NCBI GenBank assembly: GCA_018818965.1
Contig: JAHJQX010000010.1
Span: 4,579 to 68,578 of the forward strand
Reading direction: 5' to 3'
DNA length: 64,000 nt
DNA from: Patescibacteria group bacterium
Lineage (GTDB): Bacteria > Patescibacteriota > JABMPQ01
Shown: piece by piece, positions 28,106 to 37,701 of the stretch
Layout of the letters: the number at the start of each line of letters is the position of its first letter
How positions within the stretch are numbered: the first letter of the stretch is position 1
The notes under the pieces: model-generated
The model's database searches: none
What the model was told of the DNA's origin: nothing
The model's input: only the letters and a program-made list of their open reading frames with translations
Translations under genes and position numbers: made by a program

Positions 28106-28635
28106 AATTTACTAGCCAGACTAGTGGCAAATCCATTAATTATTTTTTGATATTTGGCGATCAGTGGATAAATAATTAACATCAATAACACATTTGCTAC
28201 TGTTCCCAATAGTATTGACCAAAAAACAGTAGTTGATAGACCAATTCCAGTTTCGGCAAAACTGATAAAGCTAAATAACCACGAAAAAAAGTAAATCAAC
28301 CCGTAGTATAAAATGGCTATTAGTCCGCATAGCCAAGTTCGAGTATAGTACTTATTAAAACTGATTGCGGTATTAGAAATTAAATAGAGACTGAGGACTA
28401 TTACTAGTAGAGATATCATGAAAACACTTAATTTGACTGACGAAAAAATATCTAAGAGAACACCGCCGCCAATAGCCCAGAAAAATGCCTCTTGGTAATC
28501 ACCGAGTAGACACCAACAAAATACTACTACCATTATAATACTAGGCAAAAAACCCCGCGTAGAAAAATGAGGCAAAAAAGAAACCTGCAAAATGGCAGCT
28601 ATGAAGACTCCTATTAGAGCAATAAATCTTTTCAC
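28102..28635 (-). CDS. mreD: rod shape-determining protein MreD
   Basis: 177-aa polytopic membrane protein in mreC-mreD-mrdA order, overlapping both neighbours. Confidence 0.75.
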   Translation of the reverse strand: MKRFIALIGVFIAAILQVSFLPHFSTRGFLPSIIMVVVFCWCLLGDYQEAFFWAIGGGVLLDIFSSVKLSVFMISLLVIVLSLYLISNTAISFNKYYTRTWLCGLIAILYYGLIYFFSWLFSFISFAETGIGLSTTVFWSILLGTVANVLLMLIIYPLIAKYQKIINGFATSLASKL

Positions 28636-29438
28636 CAGCTCGTGATTACAAAAATCAAGCGTAAATCCTGGAAATTAAACAAAGGTTTGATTTTGGCTTT
28701 TTGAAATAAAGCATTGTCACTGTTGCTTACCTCCTCTACCTCTCCGAGCAACAACCCACGGGGGAACAATTGTCCAATTCCCGAGGTAGCGACTAAATCA
28801 CCTGGTTTTACTTCTTTGTTTTGCGGAATCATGTCCATTACTAAAGCTAAATTGTGCTCACCAGTAATGATCCCAGTGGCACCCGAGTTGACTACTTCGG
28901 CATTAATTTTACTACGCGAATCTACCACGGGTAGAATACTGGCAGTCTTATCTTCAGTTGCCAATACTTGCCCGATCAAAACACCATCAGATAATACTAC
29001 CGGCATGTCTTGAACAATACCATCGCTGCTGCCCTTATCAATTCCCAAAGAGAAAAATAGATTATTGGGATCACGGCTGATAATAAAAGCAGGGGTCATT
29101 TCTTCTTTTCTTTCCCGAACCAGACTCAATTGCTCGCGCAGCATTTTGTTTTCTCTCGTTAAGGATTTGACCTGGCTTTTACTGACATATAGATTTCTCA
29201 CTTTCTCTTCCAGGGCTTTGTTTTCTTGATCTAGCTGACGAATAGACACTAACAGATGAGAATAAGTTGTTACTCGTTCACCCCAACCATAAAAATAAGA
29301 CTGGACGGGAGCCAGCCCTGCTTTTAAATAGCTCGTTAAAGGAGAAAGAAGACCAGTACTATTTAAAACGACAAATATTACTACCAAAATTACACTGACA
29401 AGTAAAAACAGAGAGCTGTTAATGCTTTTAAATTTCAT
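28632..29438 (-). CDS. mreC: rod shape-determining protein MreC
   Basis: 268 aa. N-terminal TM, coiled coil, then the MreC beta-barrel domain (...GLLLGEVEEV...). Confidence 0.85.
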   Translation of the reverse strand: MKFKSINSSLFLLVSVILVVIFVVLNSTGLLSPLTSYLKAGLAPVQSYFYGWGERVTTYSHLLVSIRQLDQENKALEEKVRNLYVSKSQVKSLTRENKMLREQLSLVRERKEEMTPAFIISRDPNNLFFSLGIDKGSSDGIVQDMPVVLSDGVLIGQVLATEDKTASILPVVDSRSKINAEVVNSGATGIITGEHNLALVMDMIPQNKEVKPGDLVATSGIGQLFPRGLLLGEVEEVSNSDNALFQKAKIKPLFNFQDLRLIFVITSW

Positions 29439-29448
29439 ACGGGCGGTC

Positions 29449-30510
29449 CTATTTCTTTATTATCATATTATCTTCCGAAGAAACCAGGACGTCCTTCAAA
29501 CTATCAATATCCTCTAGAATAATCCCGGTCCCACGAGCGACGCAAGTCAAGGGATCATCAGCCAGAAAAACGGGGATTTTAGTCTGCTCAGTGATTAATT
29601 TATCTAGACCCCGCAATAAAACCCCTCCTCCGGCTAAAACAATTCCCTTACGCATAATATCAGCTACCAGTTCGGGAGGAGTTTCTTCAATTACCATTTT
29701 AATATTATCAACGATTGTATAAACCGATCTGGCAATAGCTTTTCTAATATCTTCATCAAGAGCCTTCACTTCTTTGGGCAAGCCAGTGACAAGGTCACGA
29801 CCCCGCATAATGGTTTGTAAAGGTTTCCTCAGCGGAGTGGCCGATCCAACCGCTATTTTGATTTCTTCAGCGGTACGTTCTCCCAGCAGCAGATTGATTT
29901 CATCACGAGCATATTGAATAATGTTTTCATTCATTTCATCACCAGCCACCCGCAATGACTTTGACACTACCACTCCTCCCAAAGAAATCACCGCAATTTC
30001 CGTGGTACCACCACCAACATCAACAATCATACTACCAGCCGCGTCTTGCACTGGTAAACGAGCTCCGATTGCAGCGGCCATCGGTTCCTCGACTAGAAAT
30101 GTGCGCCGGGCACCAGCGCTCTTGGCTGCATCTTCCACTGCCTTTTTTTCAACCTCGGTTACTCCCGAAGGAATTCCAATCACCACTCGCGGACGGGGCA
30201 ACAAAGAAAAACCACCTTTGTGTACTTTTTCGACAAAATATTTTAACATCTGTTCGGTAATCTCAAAATCAGATACCACCCCATCAACCAAAGGACGACT
30301 AGCTACGATATGAGCGGGTGTTTTCCCTACCATTTTACGAGCCTCACTACCAATCGCTAAAATCTGACCAGTACGTTTATTGATAGCAACTACTGATGGT
30401 TCATTGATAACAATCCCTTCATTGCGAACATAAACCAAGGTATTGGCGGTGCCGAGATCGATACCGATATCTTTAGAAAATGTACCTAAAATGTCACTGA
30501 TTATTGGCAT
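29449..30510 (-). CDS. mreB: rod shape-determining protein MreB (actin homolog)
   Basis: 353 aa. DIGIDLGTANTLVY phosphate-1, DVGGGTTEIAVISLGG phosphate-2 and adenosine motifs. Confidence 0.95.
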   Translation of the reverse strand: MPIISDILGTFSKDIGIDLGTANTLVYVRNEGIVINEPSVVAINKRTGQILAIGSEARKMVGKTPAHIVASRPLVDGVVSDFEITEQMLKYFVEKVHKGGFSLLPRPRVVIGIPSGVTEVEKKAVEDAAKSAGARRTFLVEEPMAAAIGARLPVQDAAGSMIVDVGGGTTEIAVISLGGVVVSKSLRVAGDEMNENIIQYARDEINLLLGERTAEEIKIAVGSATPLRKPLQTIMRGRDLVTGLPKEVKALDEDIRKAIARSVYTIVDNIKMVIEETPPELVADIMRKGIVLAGGGVLLRGLDKLITEQTKIPVFLADDPLTCVARGTGIILEDIDSLKDVLVSSEDNMIIKK

Positions 30511-30649
30511 ATTGATGAAAATTGAAGATTTATTACAACCATTTCGCTTACTTGTTGGTACGAGTTTGCCTAATCTACCTGCCAGTAGATAGGATAGGAA
30601 GATCCATGATGGATCTCTATACTTTGCTTAAAGAATAATTTCTACTCTT

Positions 30650-31891
30650 TTATCCCTCACTTAAATACTCCGTCAATTTGTCTAACAACACAATTTTAGC
30701 TTCTTTTTCAGCCCGCTTTTTCACCTCACAACCACCCCTGGCTATTGTTTTCTCGCTTATAACCAAGCGTACAGGCAACCCTAATAAGTCTGCATCAGCA
30801 AATTTCTGGCCAACACCGATATCTACACGGTCGTCATATAATACTCCAATATTCTTTTCCTGTAAAGACTTATATAAATCAGTGGCAGTAGCTTGAATTT
30901 CTTGGTTTTTATCAGCTCCGATGGGGATTAGATGCACTCTGAAAGGAGCAATGTTAGTCGGCCAGATAATCCCCGCTTTATCGTGATGCACTTCCACTAC
31001 TGCCCCCAGCAATCGCGAAATACCAATTCCATAACAGCCCATAATCACATCCTGTTCTTGGCCTTTCTCATCCGTATAGGTAAGATTAAAATCCTTAGCA
31101 TATTTGCTACCTAGCTTAAATATATTACCAACTTCAATTGCCTTATTTTTCTCCAATTTCCCCTGACAATTGGGGCACTTATCCCCCGCAAAAATTTCTT
31201 TGTTTTGATGTAAATCACACTTGGAACAAGAAAAAACAATATCTTCTCCATAAGGTGTAAATACTTGAAATTCATCGGAAAACTTAGAAAAAGTCCCACC
31301 ACTAGCCTTTACTAACTTAACATCCAAGCCACAACGACTAAAAATCTTCTTGTAAGCCGTGATAAATTTCTCATAATATTTATCTAAATCGGCTTGATCA
31401 CGATGAAAGCTGTACAAATCCTTCATGCTGAATTCCCGCCCGCGCAACAAGCCTGATTTTGGACGCGGTTCATCCCGAAATTTAGTTTGGATCTGATACA
31501 AAGATACGGGTAAGTCCCGATAAGAATTAACATATTTATCTACTAACGGGGTGACCACCTCCTCATGACTAGCTCCCAAGGCATATTCTTTATCACCCGA
31601 GCCTTTTAATTTAAATAGGACATCAAACCCTTCCCAACGACCAGTCTTTTGCCAGTTGGATTTGGGAGAAAGGGCGGGCATTAATATTTCCTGACCACCA
31701 ATTTTGTTCATTTCCTCCCGGACAATATCTTGGATGTTGGACAATACTTGTAACCCCAAAGGAAGATAGGTATAAACACCGGCCATTAATTTATCAATAT
31801 ACCCTGCCCGTAATAATAATTGAGCGTTTAGACTAGCCTCATCAGGAGGAGTTTCTTTTTTAGTTTTGCTGAATAATTTTGTTTGCTTCAT
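30650..31891 (-). CDS. proS: prolyl-tRNA synthetase, compact form lacking the INS editing domain; Cys4 zinc ribbon at the insertion site
   Basis: 413 aa. Class II motifs 1-3, a C-terminal class II anticodon-binding domain, and CSKC...CPNC between motifs 2 and 3. Confidence 0.9.
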   Translation of the reverse strand: MKQTKLFSKTKKETPPDEASLNAQLLLRAGYIDKLMAGVYTYLPLGLQVLSNIQDIVREEMNKIGGQEILMPALSPKSNWQKTGRWEGFDVLFKLKGSGDKEYALGASHEEVVTPLVDKYVNSYRDLPVSLYQIQTKFRDEPRPKSGLLRGREFSMKDLYSFHRDQADLDKYYEKFITAYKKIFSRCGLDVKLVKASGGTFSKFSDEFQVFTPYGEDIVFSCSKCDLHQNKEIFAGDKCPNCQGKLEKNKAIEVGNIFKLGSKYAKDFNLTYTDEKGQEQDVIMGCYGIGISRLLGAVVEVHHDKAGIIWPTNIAPFRVHLIPIGADKNQEIQATATDLYKSLQEKNIGVLYDDRVDIGVGQKFADADLLGLPVRLVISEKTIARGGCEVKKRAEKEAKIVLLDKLTEYLSEG

Positions 31892-31900
31892 AATGTTGTC

Positions 31901-33067
31901 CTATTGCCCAATTATTCTTTTACCAATATTTACAAAAATATCTTGAAATTTAAAAACGTCACGAAAAGTAACGGCCAGCATTAACAAAAGCAGAAGAATG
32001 AAGCCAATCATGTGAATGGTATTTTCTAACTTACGCTCTACTTTTTTGCCCCGGATTTTTTCTAATGCCAGAAATATCAAACGTCCCCCATCAAGAGCTG
32101 GCAATGGAAATAAATTGATAATGGCTAGATTGATGCTTAAGATAGCAATAAACTGCAAGATATAAACATAACCCATCCGTGCCATCTGGCCAGTCATTAC
32201 CGCGATACCAACTGGACCACTAAGCTCTTCGGCTACTCCTGCCCCCACTAGTAGATTTTTGATAATATTAAACAAAGCTACTACTATTGCCACCAGCAAG
32301 GCGAAGGTCGCTACCGCTCCCTTGGTTAAAGCTTGGTACCAGGGATAAGACACAATTCCAACTTCTACCAAAGAAATGCCAACGGGGCCGTCACCATCTG
32401 AAAACTCACTGCGAGGCACTAAGGAAAGTTCACGCTTTTCTTCCCCACGCTTAATCTCTATCACCATCTCCCGATCCTGGTAGTCACGGGTGATATCTTG
32501 TATCCGATTCGCTTGGTCGACTGGTTGTCCCGCAACAGACAAAATTTGGTCGCCCATCTGAATTCCAGCCGCTGCCGCCGGGGAATTTTCACTGACAGCC
32601 ATTATTTGGACTTTTCTGTCTCGGATCTGATCTGTTGGTATACCATCCTCAATAGCCACCGGCAAACCAACCTTGAAGCCAATAATCAGCAGAACCATGG
32701 CTAACAAAACGTTCATTGTCACTCCCGCAATCAAAATCAACGCTCGCTGCCAAATTTTCTTTTTAGCAAAACTGTCAGAATCCTGATTGCCGCTATCATC
32801 TTCTCCCTTGATTTTACAAAATCCACCAATTGGCAACCAATTCAAAGAATAAACCGTTGGTGCATCCAATTTGGGTTCTGCGTTACCCCAAAGTTTCCCC
32901 CATTTGCCATTTTTATTACGATAAACTCCAAAAATACGTGGGGGAAAGCCCATACCAAACTCTTCCACTTTAGCTCCCATCTTGCGTGCAGCTACAAAAT
33001 GACCAAACTCGTGGACAAAAATGAGTAGACCCAGTATTAAAACAAATAAAACTATGGTAGTCAGCAT
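31901..33067 (-). CDS. rseP: RIP metalloprotease RseP (site-2 protease, M50) with a PDZ domain
   Basis: 388 aa. HEFGHF zinc motif in the first TM, a PDZ domain, and LDGG in the C-terminal TM. Confidence 0.85.
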   Translation of the reverse strand: MLTTIVLFVLILGLLIFVHEFGHFVAARKMGAKVEEFGMGFPPRIFGVYRNKNGKWGKLWGNAEPKLDAPTVYSLNWLPIGGFCKIKGEDDSGNQDSDSFAKKKIWQRALILIAGVTMNVLLAMVLLIIGFKVGLPVAIEDGIPTDQIRDRKVQIMAVSENSPAAAAGIQMGDQILSVAGQPVDQANRIQDITRDYQDREMVIEIKRGEEKRELSLVPRSEFSDGDGPVGISLVEVGIVSYPWYQALTKGAVATFALLVAIVVALFNIIKNLLVGAGVAEELSGPVGIAVMTGQMARMGYVYILQFIAILSINLAIINLFPLPALDGGRLIFLALEKIRGKKVERKLENTIHMIGFILLLLLMLAVTFRDVFKFQDIFVNIGKRIIGQ

Positions 33068-33090
33068 CGGCTGTTATTTTTACTTCTTTA

Positions 33091-33648
33091 TTAAACAGTC
33101 ATTACTTCTTGCTCTTTTTTCTCTTCTCTTTCCTTGATCTGATTATTAATCTCATTTACCACTTTATCAAGCTCTTCTTGGGCTTTATATTTATCATCTT
33201 CAGTAACCTGACCAGTATTTTCCAGATCTTTGATTTCCTTCCAGATTTTCTCGCGGGCGTTTCTGACGATAATCTTAGCTTCTTCAGCTTTTTGGCCAAT
33301 CACCTTGGCTAGTTCCTGACGCCTTTCTTCATTTGGTTCAGGAAAGGTTACTCGCACTACATCCTTTTCCGCGCTGCAGCTCAAACCTAAATCGGACTGA
33401 CTAATAACACCTTCTATTGCTTTAAGCGACCCTTTATCATAGGGCTGGATCGCTAACAAGCGGATATCAACCACGTTTATGGTAGCTAGTTGCTTCAGGG
33501 GCGTCTTAACGCCATAATAATCTACTGCTAAGTCCTCAATAAGGGACGGGGAAGCCTTACCTACACGCAACTTACTAAATTCCTTACTTAAATAATCTAA
33601 AGCTTTTTCCATCTCTTGCTTGCCTTCGATAATTTTTTGCTCGTACAT
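33091..33648 (-). CDS. frr: ribosome recycling factor
   Basis: 185 aa. Conserved over its full length (...RVGKASPSLIEDL...). Confidence 0.95.
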   Translation of the reverse strand: MYEQKIIEGKQEMEKALDYLSKEFSKLRVGKASPSLIEDLAVDYYGVKTPLKQLATINVVDIRLLAIQPYDKGSLKAIEGVISQSDLGLSCSAEKDVVRVTFPEPNEERRQELAKVIGQKAEEAKIIVRNAREKIWKEIKDLENTGQVTEDDKYKAQEELDKVVNEINNQIKEREEKKEQEVMTV

Positions 33649-33684
33649 ATGATTTTGATGTTAAGTGATAGAATAAAAAAACTC

Positions 33685-34737
33685 CTACTGTTGCTGAGTG
33701 GATAGCACCGTTGTGTAAAGAACCGAAGTATCTCCTGGGTCAACAGCTAGACCCCGTAACTTACCGGTGGTAAATTGTTTAACTGACCAATTTGCTCCTC
33801 CGTCAGCAGTTTTGTACAAATTAGAATCAAAAGTAAAATATATTTTGCCAGCGTCTTTAGGATCCAGGGCAATGTTGGCGACGGTATGGTATTCTGGATT
33901 AGCTAAAATATTAACTTTCTGCCAAGTTTGGCCCCAATCATAGGAAATCAAAAAACCGATTTCTCCGATTAGGTATACCCGACTCTTCTCCTCTGGATGC
34001 GCTACAATATCATGAATACCACTTGCTTTACCAATTGATTCGACCTTATCTTTGATGTCAGTTACTATTTTTCCACCATCACTACTCTGGTAGAGACTCT
34101 CGCTAGTAGCCACAAAAAGCTGGCGGCTATCCTGATAACCAACAGCGATTCCATTGACCGATTCACCTTCCTCAAACCACCTAATAGCCACCCAACTACG
34201 CCCACTGTCCTTACTTTTAAGAAGGGCACCGTTGCTGGTACCAGCGTAGACTCGACGCGGGTCATACCAATCTGCCACGACATCATTGACTACCGTATCA
34301 TCATGGGTCTCAGCGTAAACTTCCTCCCAATTGTTACCCCCGTCAGAACTTTTATAGATTTGTCCAATATCATTGGCACTACCAGCTGCATATATAACTG
34401 AGCTGTCATTTGGATTAATATCTAAGGAGTAAATATTACCAGCCCTAAGAGCGGTCTGTTGCCAGGTATCCCCGCCATCTGTACTCTTGTAGATTCCATT
34501 CAATTCAGTACCTACAAACACAATATTTGAATCACTAGGATCAATGGCCACTTCATTCACGCTCAAACCAGAGATATCGTTCTTATCATCTATTTTTACC
34601 TTTTGTTCCCATGTTTCTCCCCCGTCAGTAGATTTGTAAACGCCAGCGTCCGATTGTTTTTTATTACCACAACTGAGCCCGAGTAAAGACAGAGGAGCTA
34701 GCAATAAAACTATTAACGCTATTTTAAACCTGGTCAT
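33685..34737 (-). CDS. BNR/Asp-box repeat lipoprotein (Ycf48/sialidase-like beta-propeller)
   Basis: 350 aa. Lipobox LLGLSC. Repeated S-x-D-G-G-x-T-W motifs (STDGGETW, STDGGDTW, SSDGGNNW, SKDSGRSW, SSDGGK, TADGGANW). Overlaps holB by 14 nt. Confidence 0.6.
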   Translation of the reverse strand: MTRFKIALIVLLLAPLSLLGLSCGNKKQSDAGVYKSTDGGETWEQKVKIDDKNDISGLSVNEVAIDPSDSNIVFVGTELNGIYKSTDGGDTWQQTALRAGNIYSLDINPNDSSVIYAAGSANDIGQIYKSSDGGNNWEEVYAETHDDTVVNDVVADWYDPRRVYAGTSNGALLKSKDSGRSWVAIRWFEEGESVNGIAVGYQDSRQLFVATSESLYQSSDGGKIVTDIKDKVESIGKASGIHDIVAHPEEKSRVYLIGEIGFLISYDWGQTWQKVNILANPEYHTVANIALDPKDAGKIYFTFDSNLYKTADGGANWSVKQFTTGKLRGLAVDPGDTSVLYTTVLSTQQQ

Positions 34738-35713
34738 GATGAAGCATTACGATAAAATTTTCAATAACGAGCTTAGGATTAACATTGTGAGTTAGCAATT
34801 TACTAGCAGTTACTAAATAATTTAAAATATTCCTGATCTGCTGTCTAGAAAACTTTTTAGTTGCGACTTGGTTACTTTGGGTCAAAGCTAGTTCAGGACA
34901 GTGAGCTTGGCTGACAATTAAGTCCCGGAAATACTTGGTCATAGCATTGATGAATTCTAAGGCCTGTTCGTTTTTTACCTTCCAGCTGTTTATCATTTGA
35001 AAAGAACTATTTATGTCCTGATCTAGCACTTGGAGTAATTCCTGTTGACGTTGCTGCTGACGAGACAATTGTTCACTGTCGGCCTGATACTTAATCGCCA
35101 ATCCTGGCCGGCCGAAAGCAACCTGAGCTATTTCAGTTAAGATCACTGAGCTTTTATCCATTGCTAGATTCTTTTCTATTTCTGCTTTTGCTACCAAATT
35201 AAAATTAATAATTACTGACCGGGAAATAATAGTAGGAATAACACCCTCAATACTTTCCGCTAACAAGATAAATACTACCTTATCACCCGGTTCTTCTAGT
35301 ATTTTTAAAATAGCATTGGCCGCTGGCAAGGTGAAACAATCGACTCCATCAATTATGCAAACTCGATATCCACCCTGATAAGATTTCAGAGACAAGTGGT
35401 GCTGTACTTCTCGCACTTGAGCGATACCAATCTTGCCTTTGGTTTTAGTGACCAAGTTTACATCTGCTTGTTTGTTCGCGGCGACATCAAGGCAATTCCG
35501 ACACTGACCACAAGGTTTCCGAGCTTGCAAACAAAACAAAGTCCTGGCAAACTCAGTGGCTACCTTTCTCTTGCCAACTGATTCAGGCCCCACGAATAGA
35601 TAAGCATGATTAATTTTATCCGTTTCAATATGACGCGCTAGGATTGCTACTGCCCGTTGATGCCCGATAACGCCCCAATTATCCTGACTGGTTGTTTTCA
35701 CAGCGTTTTCCAT
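34724..35713 (-). CDS. holB: DNA polymerase III delta-prime subunit
   Basis: 329 aa. AAA+ fold with HAYLFVGPESVGKRK P-loop and a C-x2-C-x2-C zinc module (CGQCRNC). Confidence 0.8.
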   Translation of the reverse strand: MENAVKTTSQDNWGVIGHQRAVAILARHIETDKINHAYLFVGPESVGKRKVATEFARTLFCLQARKPCGQCRNCLDVAANKQADVNLVTKTKGKIGIAQVREVQHHLSLKSYQGGYRVCIIDGVDCFTLPAANAILKILEEPGDKVVFILLAESIEGVIPTIISRSVIINFNLVAKAEIEKNLAMDKSSVILTEIAQVAFGRPGLAIKYQADSEQLSRQQQRQQELLQVLDQDINSSFQMINSWKVKNEQALEFINAMTKYFRDLIVSQAHCPELALTQSNQVATKKFSRQQIRNILNYLVTASKLLTHNVNPKLVIENFIVMLHHDQV

Positions 35714-35765
35714 AATCCAAATATACCATATCTGGTCGTTTAGTTCTATAACTTCCTCGCAATGG

Positions 35766-36527
35766 CTAATTTTTAATTATTTTTATCAGCTTCTTGTGTA
35801 AATGTTCGTTAGCCGCTACCAAGCTTTTGCTATCTAGGGTCCAGGGTTGACCATCAATGTCACTCACTATACAACCTGCCTCCCTCATAATTAGTGTTGG
35901 GGCAGCGTAATCCCACACCTTGCCGCCCAAGGAAAATTTCCAATCGCGTCTACCATCAGCTACACAAAGAGAAGATATTGCCGCCGATCCAAAAGCGTTC
36001 ATCCAAAATTGTTTTTGGGAGGCTAGTTTTATTAGCTTTTTGTATATTTGAGCCCTTCCATGGTCCAAAGCCGCTATTCCAAAACCATAACTCTGCTCCC
36101 ATTCTTTAGTGTCAGAGCACTTCATCGGCTTGTCATTAAGAAAAGCTCCTTGCCCTTTCTCGGCAAAAGCCAACTGATTATGAACTGGATCACATACCGC
36201 TCCCATTTCCATCTCTCCTCCCTTCGCTAGTCCAACAATTACACCAAATATTGGGACATGCGTCGCAAAATTTCTCGTACCATCTAAAGGATCAATTATC
36301 CAAATATATTCCGCAGCAGCTTTACTCTCGCCACTTTCCTCGGAAATAATGCCATGTTCCGGATATTTCTGAGTAATTTGCTCTACCAAATAATCATTAG
36401 CTGCTAAATCAGCTTCCGTAACCACGTCAGCAATATTCGATTTAGTATATTTCACCCCCACTTTACCAAATTTCTCTAAAATAATTTGGCCAGCCTGGTG
36501 AGTAATTTTTTTGATAAAATTTTTCAT
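35766..36527 (-). CDS. inositol monophosphatase family protein
   Basis: 253 aa. WIIDPLDGTRNF and DxxD metal-binding motifs. Confidence 0.85.
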   Translation of the reverse strand: MKNFIKKITHQAGQIILEKFGKVGVKYTKSNIADVVTEADLAANDYLVEQITQKYPEHGIISEESGESKAAAEYIWIIDPLDGTRNFATHVPIFGVIVGLAKGGEMEMGAVCDPVHNQLAFAEKGQGAFLNDKPMKCSDTKEWEQSYGFGIAALDHGRAQIYKKLIKLASQKQFWMNAFGSAAISSLCVADGRRDWKFSLGGKVWDYAAPTLIMREAGCIVSDIDGQPWTLDSKSLVAANEHLHKKLIKIIKN

Positions 36528-36551
36528 CCTAACAAAATTAATTATTGATGA

Positions 36552-37682
36552 CTAATCGCCGGCTACCTTCTCAATCGCCTGCAAAGTCTCCCGAGCGCAC
36601 TTTCCCCAGCTAAAATCTTTCACTCTCTTGTTGCCCCGCTGCACTAGATCAATCCGGAGAGTTTCGTTATTAGCGATGGTCTCCATTTTCTTAGCCATAT
36701 CGGGCACATCGTAAGGGTCAAAAAGCAAAGCTGCTCCCTTAGTCACCTCCGGAATCGAAGCTGCCCGCGCTGCTAAAATTGGCGTCCAGCAACTCATGGC
36801 TTCAAGTAACGGTAATCCAAACCCCTCATAGAAGCTAGGGAAAATAAAGGCTAGACTGGCGCTAAGTAATACTGGCAAATCTTCTTCCGCTACCCAACCC
36901 GTTTCAATCACTTCTTCCGCTAACTTATTCTGGATGATTAATTCTCGGACTTTTTCATAATTATGACCAGGGCTACCCGCTAAAACCAGCTTGCACTGGC
37001 CGGCCAGATTCTCTTTTTTAAATTTAGCAAAGGCTTTTATTAAACCGGGAGTGTTTTTCTTTTCTTCTAGGCGACCAATGTACAAAAAGTATGGGGTGGC
37101 GGTTGGTATTTTATACTTGCGCAAAGCAGTTTTAATCTTAGCCCGATCTCTTGTCGGCTGAAAAATGCCGGCATCAAACCCCAAATATATAACTTGGATA
37201 CGCTCCGGATCAATGTCACACTGCTTCACCATTTCTTCTTTGGAAAAATTAGAGATGGTCAGTATGCGGGACGCCTTTTGGATCGCTTGACGCAAACCAA
37301 AATTATGATATTTAAGTTCTTTTTGTGGATACAGCTCCGGTTTACTAACAAAGCCAATGTCCATAATAGTCGTCACCGTTCTAGCTGGACTGACTAGCGG
37401 AATAATATGAGCTGGGACAAACAAAACGTCCGGGGATCGCCATTTCATTTCCCACGACAAACGAACCATTGTCCAGAGATATCTGGGGGGCCAAGATAAA
37501 GTTTTTTCCCGAAAATTATCAGGCAGAGATGACATTTCACCGCCTAGTTTATCCGGGGAATATAAAAAATATCGATTACGTGAATCGATTTTTGCTAATT
37601 CGAGAATTAAATTATAGGAATACCACTCCGTACCTGTTTTAGCAGCTCGGTTAGCACGAGAGGCGTCGATGCCGATATTCAT
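36552..37682 (-). CDS. glycosyltransferase family 4 (GT-B, glycosyl transferases group 1)
   Basis: 376 aa. C-terminal EGFGLPLLEAM motif. Confidence 0.8.
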   Translation of the reverse strand: MNIGIDASRANRAAKTGTEWYSYNLILELAKIDSRNRYFLYSPDKLGGEMSSLPDNFREKTLSWPPRYLWTMVRLSWEMKWRSPDVLFVPAHIIPLVSPARTVTTIMDIGFVSKPELYPQKELKYHNFGLRQAIQKASRILTISNFSKEEMVKQCDIDPERIQVIYLGFDAGIFQPTRDRAKIKTALRKYKIPTATPYFLYIGRLEEKKNTPGLIKAFAKFKKENLAGQCKLVLAGSPGHNYEKVRELIIQNKLAEEVIETGWVAEEDLPVLLSASLAFIFPSFYEGFGLPLLEAMSCWTPILAARAASIPEVTKGAALLFDPYDVPDMAKKMETIANNETLRIDLVQRGNKRVKDFSWGKCARETLQAIEKVAGD

Positions 37683-37701
37683 GGAAAACTTATATGTTTA
37701 T

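Noticed and set aside
30511-30649. Hairpins (AGATCCA-tga-TGGATCT; TCTAC-ctgcca-GTAGA) after proS
   Set aside because: No U-tract follows on the minus strand, so this is not a convincing intrinsic terminator. It is left unannotated.
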